Assembly: GCF_037042905.1 (NCBI RefSeq)
Contig: NC_087252.1
Coordinates: 20,772,001 to 20,836,000, forward strand
Length of the DNA stretch: 64,000 nucleotides
Source of the DNA: Lytechinus pictus
Taxonomy: Eukaryota
Direction: 5' to 3'
Shown here: positions 36,008 through 49,149 of the stretch, one piece after another
How the letters are laid out: every line of letters starts with the position of its first letter
Numbering within the stretch: the first letter of the stretch is position 1
The notes under the pieces: model-generated
Told to the model about the DNA's origin: nothing
Database searches by the model: none
What the model saw: only the letters and a program-made list of their open reading frames with translations
Program-made: the position numbers and the translations under genes

Positions 36008-37859
36008 CCTTTAAAGAAGGGAAAGAAAGCAAAAGAGAAGAAAGAGAATTTAGAACATGAGAGCTATGATCGAGTCGGAGTAAAATTATATTATGCATGG
36101 ATTAAAATAGTAAAAATACCAAAGATATTCCTCTTTTCACGACCAAGACAAATGCTGTTTTGGTCAGAAAAGGGTCGGAGGAAGCCCAGCTATATATATA
36201 GGCAGTCGGAGGAAAGGTCGGAGCAGTGCCCATCGATCTGGACAGTGTTACTCCGACCATTGTCCACCTTCATCGGACCAAGAAACTCCTAGATTCGAAG
36301 CCAGTATGAGTAATTGGCCGAAGGAAGGTTTGTAACTCTGTACGTCCACCGTCACTAAAAATCATGCTAAAAATGTTTCACAGACCATTCCTCTAACTGG
36401 GATTCCTCCGACATACAGTGTAAGCAGCGCCTTTATCATTTTAATCCAAGCATGATATAATATAGTCCGGGAGCAAGGACCTGTGAAAAATGAGTTCGTA
36501 CAACCCACACCACAGAAAAGGTTTGATACCATAGGTAGTTATTATGGACCCTCTAGATCACTGCTAGGTAGGTAGTAGTCTCAAATTGTGGTATCACTTT
36601 TTTTCTACCGTTGAATTTAAAGAGCAATTAATTAATGTAAAATAGCAAAAAATGAAAAAAATTTATATCTTTTAAGGGAAAGGTGAAATGTAACTTGCCA
36701 TATCTCCGATTTTGACACACAAATACGTCATTCATGTATCAAAATGTTGCTGGGTGACAGCTCTAACGTTACAGCAACATTTAAAAGTAAAAATTGAGAT
36801 ATCGAACCTTCAAAATAGGAACACACTAATGGCCAGTGTCCATTTCCATCTCAAGTAGATATGAAAGAATTAAGACGATATATTGATTTTTGTATTTAAA
36901 TATGTGGCGCTCTATAAAACTATACCTGGATTAAATATGCGTTAGTCATAATAAATGAAGATTTTTAAACATTTTCAGATATATTCTAACTAGCCTGCGG
37001 GCTACTATTTACAATATTGTAGTGCCGTTAGTTTGGGATCCAACACTGCTTAAATCAATTAGAATTACTTTTTACTGGCGATATAATCTGATCCAAACCA
37101 AATTCATTACCACTGGCGTAGGACCCCGCCCTCAAAAATTAAAATGATGGGGCCAGACATGGTGTATGGGGTTAAATGCCTAAGGAACTGTGCGCGACCG
37201 AAGCGATTGAGCCAAAAATAACGTTTTTGATACACCAATATGTTTTTTGACAGATTATGACATATTATCCAGAAAATATAATATTCCCTCCTTTACCTTT
37301 CCTTTTCTTTCTTCTAACTTCATTTTTTCATCGCGAATCTTTTTAGTGGTCAACAACCCCAAGCCCCCCCCCCCCCCATTTTTACAGCAGTATTAATTAC
37401 TGAACATCATAAAATGTAAATATTTCCAAGGCGTTTATCCCCTCATAGTCTTTGTTTATATCAATCCCCCCCCCCCATAAGTATGATGATATTCGCCACC
37501 TAAATAAGAATTATTAAAAACCATGAGTTAACAACAATTAAAAATAAAAGGGCTACGTGAAGGGAAATGAAGAGAAGAGAGGAGAAAAAAGAAAAGAGCA
37601 TAAAGAGGCGAGCAAGCAAGTAAAAAAAGAAAGGGCATGAACTTATGATGCAAATGACCTAGGAGTAGATTTAACGCATATTTTAGTGATGCAGCTTTTT
37701 ATTTTTATTGATCTCCTGCAAATTATTAAGGAAACATTTGCTCAAAATATAATCCTGGCATATTAAAGCCTATTTTTACAGGAACCTGTTAAAAGTTACC
37801 TCCCCCTTTTTCGTACTTGACATGTATTTGGAAATATCGTCTTTTGGCATCCCCATTGG

Positions 37860-39060
37860 AGCAAAATGGCATTTTTGCTGTATCGGAAACAGCGGAAGCA
37901 GCTTTTTGCCTCAATGGGAGCTCAAAAATGGCAGATTTTCCCATAAATAGGCAAAATAGGAATAATGGGTGGGTAAATTTGGCAGACCCCTGAGGGGATA
38001 GGCTTCGATTTCCTAGCAGTTCTTTATATGCTGCAGCTGATAGAGAAAGATGTACTTTTTTGTTTCCAAGTATGTTTAAGACGATTTAAGTGGCTTGCTT
38101 TACAGTGGAAACAGCTTTCTGCCTCATTAAGGGCTCAAAAATGGCAGATTTTCCCATAAATAGGCAAAATACGGAAAAGGGGTGTTAACTTTGGCAGCCC
38201 TTTGAGGGGGAAGGCTCCAATTCCTAGCACTTCCTTATATGTAGCTGATAGAGAAATAACTCTTCTTTTATCTCCAAGTAGTCTTAAGACGATTTTGGTG
38301 GCTTGCTTTACAGCGGAAACAGCTTTTTGCCTCAATGGGGGATCCAAAATGACAGATTTTCCCCATAAATAGACAAAATTCGGAAAAGGGGTGAATAATT
38401 TCGGCAGCCCCCTGAGGGGGTAGGCTCCGAATCCCTAGCACTTCGTTATGCAGCTGATAGACCAAGAAGTGCTATTTTGTCTCCTAGTAGTGTTAAGACA
38501 AATTCAGTGGCTTGCTTTACAGCGGAAACGACTTTTTGCCTCAATGGGGGCTCGAAAATGGCAGATTTTCCCATAAATAGACAAAATTTGGAAAAGGGGT
38601 GTGCAACTTCGGCAGCCCTCTGTGTGGTAGAGGCTTCGATGTCCCAGCACTTCTTTATATGTAGCTGATAGAGAAAAGCCTACTATTCTGTCTCCAAGTG
38701 ATTTCATGACAATAAAAGTGGCTTTACTACATAGCAGAAATGTTCTTTTTGTCTCAATGGGGCCTCAAAATGGCAGAATCTTACATTAATAGACAAATAC
38801 TTAAAATGGCTGGGTGACTTTGGCAGCCCCTCTGAGCGAGAAGGTTGCTAGCACTTCTTTATTTATAACAGATAGATAAATGGTTACTCCTTTGTCTTAA
38901 AGTGGTTTCAAATGAAGAAAAGAGGTTTAATTACTACAATCATAGTAGAAATGCTATCTGCCTCAATAGGGACTTCAAAATGGCAAATTTTCCAAGAAAT
39001 AGACAAACTTCGGAAAAAGGATGGGGTGACTTTAGCAGCCCCCCCCCCCCTGGGGAGGCC
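37860..39060. repeat. ~210-bp tandem repeat, ~6 units, inside the long-TIR element
   Basis: aaaatggcagattttcccataaatag recurs near 37925, 38137, 38346, 38556, 38767 and 38977. Confidence 0.92.
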
Positions 39061-39248
39061 TTACGGCCAATGAATCCTATAAAAGAATTTACAATTTAAA
39101 GACATAAGAAAAAACGAGTTTGAAGAAAGAAAATGGAATATGGTTCGGTCAGATTATATCCCCAGTGAACAAGAAATGCTAATTGATTCATGCAGCGTTG
39201 GATCTCAAACTAACGGCATTACAAGATTGTGAAAAATAGCCTATATAT

Positions 39249-40415
39249 ATGGTAGTTAAAACATATCTGTTAATAAATCCCAGTAAAACTAATTATATTT
39301 CTTTATTCCATAGGCAGTCTTGCATTTCTAATTCACTCAATAATTTATTGCTTGAAATAGGCAAAGTTCCAATTAAAAAGGTAAATAGTGTTAATTTTCT
39401 AGGTGTTTATATAGACTACAATATGCAATGGGACACTCATGTTAAAAAAGTCACCCAAAAAGTATCTAAATGTATTGGTATCCTATATAGGTTAAAAGAC
39501 TCCCTTCCAACTTCTGCATTATTATTGTTATACAATTCTTTCATGTTGTCATATCTTAATTATTGTGTTGTTGTTTGGGGCAATTGCAGTCGAACGAAAT
39601 TAGAACAATTATTTAAATTGCAGAAAAAAGTCCTTCGCATATGCACGGGATGTCATTATCAAGCCCATTCTGCCCCACTGTTTCGAACAATAAAGTCTCT
39701 TAATATTTATGATTTGTATTCATTTTATATTGCATTAATTGGTTTCTTTTATTTCCAGAATAAACTACCTCTTAGTATATCCATAAAATGTTTACCCTTA
39801 ATCACCGGATACATAATCACAATACCCGTTTTAAAGATTCTGAATTTCATTCCATACATGCCATATGGCCAGTTAAAACTAATAACGTAATGAAATGTGT
39901 AAGACATAATTTCCCTGTGATTTGGAACTCCACCCCTAGAGATGTAATTGAAAGCAAGTCTGTTAGGTCATTAAAAAAAGATTGAAATATGTATAGTAAT
40001 TTTTTTTTCTTGTAGATTGACACCCTTTTATGTTGTTTTTCTGGGTTTTTTTTCTTGTTTATTTATCGTGTTTAATTCTTTATCTTCTTGTTTCTCTATA
40101 CCTTGTCATGTTATTAATGTTTTGGGAACTGCGCTTACACAAGGCCACTTGGCTTTATTATATGCAGTTCCCCATTTCATTTTCATTTTTACTCTTGCTT
40201 GTAAATATATTGTTTCTCATACCTTGCTTTATAATTGTTTTTATTTTGGGAACTGCGCTTACACAAGGCCACTTGGCTTTATTATATGCAGTTCCCCATT
40301 TCATTTTCATTTTTACTCTTGCTTGTAAATATATTGTTTCTCATACCTTGCTTTATAATTGTTTTTATCGAGAATGAAATAAATGCAAATTGAAATTGAA
40401 ATTGAAAATTGAAAT
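39249..40415 (+). mobile_element. 5'-truncated CR1-group LINE fragment
   Basis: INPSKT, NFLGVYID, LNYCVVVWGN, LQKKVLRI and HSAPLF. Frameshift near 39780. 3'UTR ends in AATAAA and (ATTGAA)n. Confidence 0.9.
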
Positions 40416-41192
40416 GTTAACAAAATATTGCCAAAATCTTCATTTTGTTATGAATAATGCATATTTAGTCCCACTGTAGTTATATAGAGCGCCTCATGTT
40501 TAACAACACAAAATCACTTTATCGTATAATTTTTTTCATATCTACTTGAGATGGAAGTGGATATTGGCCATGAGTGTATTCCTATTTTGAAGGTTTGATA
40601 TCTAAATTTCACTTTTGTTACTGTAACGTGAGAACTGTCACCCAGCAACATTTTGATACATGAATGACGTATTCATGACATATACAAGCGGAGATATGGC
40701 AACTTACATTTCACCTTACCCTATTGATTATTGATTTTTTTCATTTGTTTTTGTTATTTTACATCGCTCTTTAAATTCGTCTGTAGAAAAAACTGATACC
40801 ACAATTTGATACTACTACCTACCTAGCAGTAATCTAGGGGGTCCATACTATCCCCCTATGGTGTCAAACCTTTTCTGTGATGTGGGTTGTACGAACTCCT
40901 TAAATAGGGCCCCTATGAGATTTTGCTCCCGGACTAATATGAGGGAAACGAGAAAAAAACACTTTTCAATTCAATCTTTATTTCGTGATATAAGATAAAA
41001 CAAAACAAATACAGTCTAAAACATCGAATGTGTGTAGCACGGGCGTAAATCCCGGTGGGATGGGGGATACACCACCCCTCCCCCCTACACACACACACAC
41101 AAGCACACACACTCACACACTTTTCGGAGAAGGGGACCGGATGACACGTACAATCGCTCGATCACTATACTATGCTCATTCGTCACATTATC

Positions 41193-42405
41193 CAGATTCA
41201 GATTCAGATTCAGATTTATTTCCAACAGAAATAACATAAATATTGATACAAATCATTTTCATACATTGTAACAAATATTTGCGATACAAATCATTGTCTT
41301 TATAATCATAGTAAAAAACATTCATGATAATTAACATATAAAGATATATACAAAATGTGGTGCATTTCGTAGACAAATTATAAAATATAATTCAAATAGA
41401 AAAAAAAGGTATCTGTGGAAATAGGAGATTCACTCAAAAGCAAAGCTTGTATAATGTGAACCTCCCTCAAAGAAGAGAAAAGAGGAGAGAGAGAAAGAAA
41501 GAGGGGGGGGGGGGAGACGCAATGGTTGCTATTTGCCTACGGAGACTTACTGAATAGATTAAAAAGAACAAGATAACACACAGAACAAGACAAAACTAAT
41601 AAAGAGTAAAATACCACGAAGAAAAAAAAATCAAGAACAAGAACAGGACGACAAAAGGAGAAGTAAACTTAAATAGAAACAGGACGAATTGCGACCGAAA
41701 TTAGAGAATAAAACAAGATGATAAAGACTAATAAAAATAACTAGATGTCTGAGAGGGGGTGGTAACGAGCGGGAATTAGTAATGAAGACCTCGGTAGGAT
41801 TTAAGTAAGAAGTTTTTCAGTTTTCTTTTAAAAGAATGTATGGAAGGGCTGTTTTTTATGTTATTGTCGAGGGAGTTCCAAAAACTAGGGCCATCGAACA
41901 TAAATGTACTCTTTGCCAATAAAGTTCTAAAACGGGGTAAATGAAATTCGTTAGATTGCCTCGTAGGGTAATTATGAAAAGACCGATTAAGAGGAAACAT
42001 AGAATCAAATACACGTGGAAGGATATTTTTGTGAAATTTAAACATAAATTGCCCTAAATGAAATAAGTATAGGTCGCTTATCTTCAGCAATTTGCTGTCA
42101 AAAAATAGTGGGTCAGTGTGTGAACGAAAAGCTGAATTATGAATAATACGAAGGGACTTCTTTTGCAGTAACAACAGTCTATCTAAAATGGTTTGGTGTG
42201 TGCTGCCCCAGGCAAGTATCCCATAATTCAAGTAAGGTAGGATCAAAGAAGAATATAGCATTAAAAGTGACGACGACGAAAAATGATATTTCAATTTATT
42301 GATAATGCCAATATTTCGCGAAATAATCTTACAAGTACAATCTATGTGGTATTTCCAGGAAAGCTTATTATCAACGGTAACACCGAGAAATTTTATTTTA
42401 TCCAA
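41193..42405 (-). mobile_element. 5'-truncated CR1-group LINE fragment
   Basis: KFLGVTVDNKLSW, PYLNYGILAWGS, LQKKSLRI, HTDPLF, HNYPTR and FWNSL. Tail AATAAA(TCTGAA)n at 41193-41220. Confidence 0.92.
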
Positions 42406-43116
42406 TAATCACACCTCATGAAAGACGATTTTCCTCATATCAAGTCTTCCAACTATACTGAAAATTTGTGAGCGAGCTAGCGAATTATAGTTCAGTAGTT
42501 TATCACAACAAATTCATGATAGCCATTAAAAAAAATCTTATGAGGCCTTTAACTGAAAGATAAAAGGATTGTGTACACGGTTATAGACCCCCGTATACAT
42601 AGCCTTATAGGTGTGGGGGTGCCCCCCAGTTTTTTTTAATTATTAGGTCAATGTATTGCTTTCAGTCTCCTCATTCGCATACCGACCAAGATGTGCATAT
42701 AACTGTTTAGTGAAATTAAGCGAAACTGTAAATGTCATAACTTTCTTATATACATCCGATTTTGATGAAATTTTCATTGTTACGTTTGTTGGATTTTTCT
42801 CTTTTTATTCAAATAAACTTTTAGTTGGGGTGGACTTGTCCTTTAAATATATCCTATCAACGTACGTAGGAATTAAGAAGAAGAAGAAAAACACGAGTTG
42901 ACGAGGGAAATAAATTACCCCCCTCATATAGGCCGATAGCTGAATCCTGAATAACTATGGCATTAATGATCCGGTTAATGATTCAGCTTTAATGCAAGTT
43001 TTTTGTTTGTTTGTTTGGGTTTTTATTTTACTTCAAAATTCGCGATCAGGCAGCAATCTGTGGATAGGACCCGGGATTGGAATTAGAAGCCCCTCCCACC
43101 TTTGGGTTTTCGTTAA

Positions 43117-43714
43117 AGGGGAATCCAACCCAGATAAAAACTTGTTTTTATAAGGAAAAGAAAAATCAGACAAGTTGATAGGTGAAAGTTTGAACAATAT
43201 TGGACAAACAACAAGAAAGTTATGAATTTTTAAAAGTTTTAAATATTGGTAATCACGGTACCCATGGAGACTTCAAATTGGCCGCATACAGGGATGTCAT
43301 AGTGATGTAAGGCAAGGACTACTCTTCCATGTACTCCAATACATATTATGGCTAAAATGTAATTTTTCCAAAAAGTTTTATTTCAAATTATATTTTTCTT
43401 TCATGAGGACATAAAACAATATACTACCTGGGTTACATTTAGATTAATGCCCCAGGGGAATGGGTACTTAGGAGAAAACCACTAATCCCTGATGATAAAG
43501 TACATGGCCTATGGGAAAGTTGTCCTTGCCCCTTGTCATAATTTACTTACTCAGTTGCCAATTTGAAATCTACATATAGTATTAGTGATCTCAATTTTAA
43601 AGCAGCTATAACTTTCTTATTGCTTGTCCGATTTCTTTCAAACTTTCTCCATTCTGTTTCATTTATTTTTCTCCTTCCCAACACAACATTTTATGGCCAA
43701 GGCTGGATTCCCCT
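43117..43714. mobile_element. Kolobok-like MITE
   Basis: TTAA|aggggaatcca ... tggattcccct|TTAA. Confidence 0.82.
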
Positions 43715-43718
43715 TTAA

Positions 43719-44733
43719 AGGGATGGTCCGGGCTGAAAGTATTTATAGCTTAAAGAATTCACTGAGCAAAATGCCGAAAATTTCATCAAAATCGGATAAC
43801 AAATAACAAAGTTATTGAATTTTAAAGTTTAGCAATATTTTGTGAAAACAGTCGTCGTGGATTATATTCATTAGGTGGGCTGATGATGTCGCATCTCCAC
43901 TTGTTCTTTTGTATTTTATTATAATTATGAAATTAGGTTTATTCAAATTTTTTCCTCCAAGAACTAGAAACATTGGATTGACAACTGATTTAGTGCATTA
44001 GATATTTATTGCTGCAACTTATTTCATTATAAGGGAGACATATTATTCACACAAGTATGAAATAGTGAAAAAATATGATTTTATGTAATAACAAAAGAAA
44101 ACGGAAAGTGGGGATGTGACTCTTCTTCTTCTGTTGATTTCCTCCAGTCCTGGAGAACTGCGAGATCCAGTGGATACGCAGAAATATGATAAATATGTAT
44201 AGAGACAAAAAGAGCAAGGCTCAGCTAGAAGGAGGTTGGAATTGGAATAAAGTGTATCACAAGACTGTCTAGTTGTTGTTCACCAACAGAGAACGTTTGA
44301 CATGAACAGAAGCTCATGCAATAAATGAAAGGAGTAGTAATGAAGTTGGGGCCGAGCTGAAGCAATTACAGGTATACTAGTTGCTTAGTGTCCAATCCAA
44401 GAAGTACAACATTAGTAACAGCTGCTGCGACTTGTGACACAGGAGTTATGGCAAGATCATGTTGGAGATAGAGGAAGGTTGGCGAGGAACCTTTTCCTTT
44501 CATCCGCATAGAGGGTACATTCATCAGCCCACATTCATCAGTACTTAGGCCCTACATTCATGAGCCCACCTAATGAATATTCATGACGACTGTTTTCAGA
44601 AAAAAATTTCGAACCTTTAAACTACAATAACTATATATTTTGTTATCCGATTTTGATGAAATATTTGGCATTTTGCTCAGTGAATTCTACTCTATGTATT
44701 AAGATATAAATATTTTCAGCCCGGACCATCCCT
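43719..44733. mobile_element. Kolobok-like MITE containing a LINE 3'-end insertion
   Basis: TTAA|agggatggtccgggctgaaa ... tttcagcccggaccatccct|TTAA. Confidence 0.85.
44121..44520 (-). mobile_element. Short 3' fragment of a LINE with (GAA)n tail
   Basis: Absent from the sister MITE at ~34690. The - strand starts CTLYADERKRFL (end of a LINE zinc-knuckle region) and ends cagaagaagaaga. Confidence 0.6.
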
Positions 44734-45719
44734 TTAACATTTCATATTGTCCGTCCCCCCCCCCCCATTACTTAACAAGAAAAAAGTCCCAGCTATAGGG
44801 AAGTGGTACAAGTATACTGTAGTACATGCTAGTAACAATATATATCGATCGAGGGGCTGGAAAAAAGACTACCTAGAGGTCACGTGTTAGACATGGTCGG
44901 TGAAGCTCGATGACGGCTCTTGGTACCGGTGATTGTAAGTAGAAAGCTTTTAAACAACATTTACAATCGTTCAAAATAGTTTCACCACCTTAGAAGATAC
45001 CCAAAGATTACTTGATATTATACTCTATCTTATGCAAAAATATTTAAATGATATCGATGAGAGATGCCGGTGTACAAAGTACAAACTTTCCGATTAAAAT
45101 CGCACTGTTGTCTACACGTGCAGCGGACAGTCACAGAGGCTAGGGTACGCGCACTACGGGTCGAGATCGCCGCCTGTCATGCCTGTGCTGAGGCTGTGGC
45201 TCTGCTCCGTTCGTTCCTGCTCGAGCTCAAGTCTGTTATTGTTAAGGCCCTAAAGGCTAAACTGCAAATTGCAACTAAACCGCAAATCACCTTGTAACTA
45301 AGCTTGTAGAATATTAACAAGGACCATGCGCGCGTAAAAACTATGAGGCTTAAACACAGAGGGCGACAAATCATATTCGCAAAAGTTGAAGTGTGTGTGT
45401 GCAAACTGCAAATAGAACCATTTTCATGACTAGACCAAAAGCTTCAGTCTCTGTATATTTTGGTTGTTCCGCTGAACTACGTTGGCTCCACTCACCATAC
45501 ATAGACTGAAGGGGATGGGGCCCCGTACCTACAGCCAACGTATAGTGAACTAGCGTTTTATAGATCGCGATTTAAAACTGTTTTTTAAGCAAAATTGAAA
45601 GTTTCATGGTTTCCATTATCAGGGAAATATATATAACTTAAGTAATTGCATACCTTGGGCCGGAGTTATTGAAAAAAATCCTCTGGATGATTGAGAAATC
45701 TGTCATCTAAGACATTTTC

Positions 45720-46001
45720 ACCTGACCTGACGGTTTTTCTTGCAAGTTGCCATCTTGAATGACGTCATTGTCGTTATTAACTTAATGTCTCGAATCGATA
45801 TATCGCGATTATAACTAGTACTCGTACTAGTATAACTAGTATCGTTTATCTTCGATTTCGTTCGCATATGGAGCAGATCGTATAATATCGAAAGCAATAT
45901 CGATATCACATTCGTGATTGTTGACGTTCGTTTGTAAATATTTTATAGTTTGGCTGCCATTTTGACCATTTTTATCGTGTTCAACCCAATTAAACATCGG
46001 T
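45720..46001. promoter_or_regulatory. Candidate promoter and non-coding first exon of the hnRNP K-like gene
   Basis: CpG-enriched patch. Perfect CRE TGACGTCA (45760-45767), TATCGATA (45898-45905), YY1-type GCCATCTTG and GCCATTTTG. Donor-like CG|gtaaag at 46000. Confidence 0.5.
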
Positions 46002-46425
46002 AAAGTATATTTTTCATGCCTTTTTCATCTATATCGTTTAAAGTATTTAAATGTTGGAATATCATCAATTAAAAGTTTGTTGTTTATACATCCTTAGATT
46101 GTAAATTCGATGTGTAAAATTACATCAAACTTTGGACTGTGAATTGACAAAAGGGAGGGAATGAGAACACATGCGAGCCCACACGTACACCCTACCGTCG
46201 GTAAATGGGGATTACAGTAAAATGTCAGAAATTGTTGAATAAATCCCCAGAAACGACGGTTATTCCTGTCTATTTCATGACCTGACATTTTCGTCCGACA
46301 AGTCGGATCTGACAACTTTCCTTGACTTGATTTTGACCATTGAGTGCGAGGCACTGTTAATAATGTCTATGGTAACTGTCGGATAAAATGTCTGACAAGC
46401 CCTTTCATGAAACGCTCCCCACAAC

Positions 46426-47087
46426 TAGCCAGGCGGCTTCTAGAGAGTAAAAATCATTTACTAACGTAAGGTCACTCTCATAGTCATACGAAGCCAGGGC
46501 TTCCGTCATATACTTTTGCGTGTACCACCAAAAAACCTGAAACTTTCGCCCCCGAAATTTCTACTTTCTTTCTAAAAGATCTAGCCCTAAATCATGTACA
46601 TGGGATAAAACTTCATTTCTACGCTCTTGTTGTTATTTTAGAACAAGAATTCATCAAAAAAATGAGAGAAATATTGTGTAAAGACGTAAGAGACTTGCCC
46701 GATGTTTACGCCGCCATCTTGTTTCCTATTGTTCTTCGCCAACGTTACAGACGCGTGCGTCAGGTAACGTTGGGGAAGAACAATAGAAAACAAGATGGCG
46801 GCGTAAACATCGAGCAAGTCTCTTCCGTCTTTACACAATATTTCTCTCATTTTTTTGATGAATTCTTGTTCAAAAATAACAACGAGAGCGTAGAAATGTC
46901 AGAAATGAAGTTTTATCCCAAGTACATGATTTAGGGCTAGATCTTTTAGAAAGAAAGTAGAAATCTCGGGGGTGAAAGTTTCAGGTTTTGGCTTCCATTG
47001 TGTGGGTCTATGGGATAGAAGGCCTGGCTTCATGAGAGTGACCTTACGTTAGTAAATGATTTTTACTCTCTAGAAGCCGCCTGGCTA
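46426..47087. mobile_element. 662-bp fold-back hAT-type MITE (near-perfect palindrome)
   Basis: tagccaggcggcttctagagag... / ...ctctctagaagccgcctggcta. The arms meet at ~46755. Perfect 8-bp TSD cccacaac. Confidence 0.93.
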
Positions 47088-47147
47088 CCCACAACGCGGA
47101 TCTCGAGTTTATAATATGAGAAATGTTCTTGAAATTTGCCTAAGCAA

Positions 47148-47597
47148 CAGAGGCGCACGGCCAATATGGGAGACTGTCTCCCATGAGAGAGATTATCTCC
47201 AATTAATGATCAGAGACTTTTGTAAAGAATTTGGGTATCCAATTTCAGAGACAGTCTCTAGTTTGGGAGACCAATTTCCTTTGTTTACATTTGCTGCAAA
47301 AGGATTACCATGGCGGCAAATAAAAATGTGATGTGATGAGCAGATTCCTCATGAAAAATTACCCCTTTTCACCCATCTATTTAAAAAATTCACCATCTAC
47401 TTTTGTTTCATAAGGATTTTTGTTGTCATCCATACACAAAACAAATGGGCTTCTGACCTTAGTGAGACAAAATTTTGGGTGGAAAAAATACGCTTTTGTT
47501 GGTGTTGTTTCTTACATTCTTTTGCAAAGCAAGTCTCCAATAAGGTAGATTTTCTCCCATATTGAAGAGAGTCTCCCATATTGGCCGTGCGCCTCTA
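47148..47597. mobile_element. hAT-type MITE
   Basis: TIRs agaggcgcacggccaatatgggagac / gtctcccatattggccgtgcgcctct. Flanks ctaagcaa / ctgaacaa (6 of 8 match). Confidence 0.8.
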
Positions 47598-49149
47598 CTG
47601 AACAAGTTAGATAGAGACCTGTACCTAGTCCTAGGCCCTACATATTTATTTATTCAAATATTTTACCAGGATGCTCATTCAGCATAAAGTTGGTCTCGCA
47701 CTGGGCCCTATTGTTATTATTGTTCTTGTTGTTGGTTTTGGACTTTTGGTTATGATGGGAGTTGGGCAAATAGGGCTGTGCACAGCCCTTTTTTGGGGGG
47801 GGGGTTGTGTGTATCCCTAATTATCCCCTAGCAATCTAACGCCTTTAGGTTTAAGCATAGGAAAAGGGAGAAAATAAAGAAAGAATCGCTAAAAACTATT
47901 TTTAGAATTTTTATTTTAATTTTTTTGAAACTGATTACACATTTACGAATCAGAGAAACTGAATTAAATTCTACAACCGTGATGAAGAATGACAGCAAGT
48001 TTAATCAATTCTGATTATTATTTTTTAAATCAGAACCAAGTAACTCTTTACTGTTTTCATGTCACTTTCTATATTTTGAAGAAAAATTGTTCATTGACGC
48101 CCTGTATGATCCAACTGTTCTTATCTCCACATCACACCCCTCTCTCTTTCCCTCTCGATCAAATCACATTCTTTTTCCCCCTCTCTATCTTTCCCACCCC
48201 CTTTCCACCCCTCAACAGACAGCCTAGCCCCTTCCATCTCTCTTATATCGCCTCAAATTCTTTTTGATCGATCCAACACCGCATAACATTTTTTAATCAA
48301 ATTTTTATGAAAAAGTAACATATATTTTTAAATCTTTTATGTTATAACAATTTCATACTCAATAAATTAGAACTTCCCAGAGATGCAACAATACAAGTAT
48401 TGTATTCTGAGAACGTCCTTAAAAATGTTATGTATGGGACATTCCATCCTTGGACAAGACCTAATTTGCATATTTAATTAGATGACACCACTTTTTTTCT
48501 AAAAAACATAAGATGTTGGGGGGTCCATGTCCCACCTATGACTAAATCTCACAAGTTTTGTTTTGATTTTCTTTGAGTTTATATAATTGTCCCATACGTA
48601 ACAACCATTTTACCAATTATGCAAATTAGGTGACCAAAATTAGCATAAATTTGCGTATTGTCAAATTTTTCTGAATGAAATTTTAAAATTCAACATTTGG
48701 GCTTTCTTACCTCACCAAAGATAACTTCTTAAAATAAAATGTTGTCTTCTAGGTTGACCTTTTCTTGGACTTGCCCTGTTTCGGAGGAGGTTTTAAACAT
48801 TTTCTGATTTTTTCATTCCACAGACAGAAGACTCACAGTAGGTGTCGGAAGCCACACTGAAAGTGTTGGCATAAAACAGGCTGATTTCGGGGGAGATGGC
48901 ACATTTTTTCAGGAAATTCAGCCTGCCAGAAAAAATGTGATCTAAACTGAATTTTTACTGATCTGTGGGATGTATGAGAAAAGAAAATTCAGGGGCTTCT
49001 TTTTTTACACTAAAGGACAAGTTTATATGATCATTTGAAACAAGGATTAAGAGATAAATTGCAAACCCTTATTTGTGTACGTGTGTTGAGATTGCCATTT
49101 CTCCATGCATTTACTATGGGAAAATGAAATTTCTGTTTGGCACAATTTT

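Larger units (their letters stand above)
36463..40936. mobile_element. 4.5-kb non-autonomous long-TIR DNA transposon (Academ-like)
   Basis: Ends tagtccgggagcaa / ttgctcccggacta. Inverted similarity of about 470-500 bp. ata on both flanks. No transposase ORF seen. Confidence 0.75.

Noticed and set aside
46638..46934. Pair of similar ORFs on opposite strands (toxin/antitoxin-like or duplicated gene)
   Set aside because: They are an automatic consequence of the palindromic MITE.
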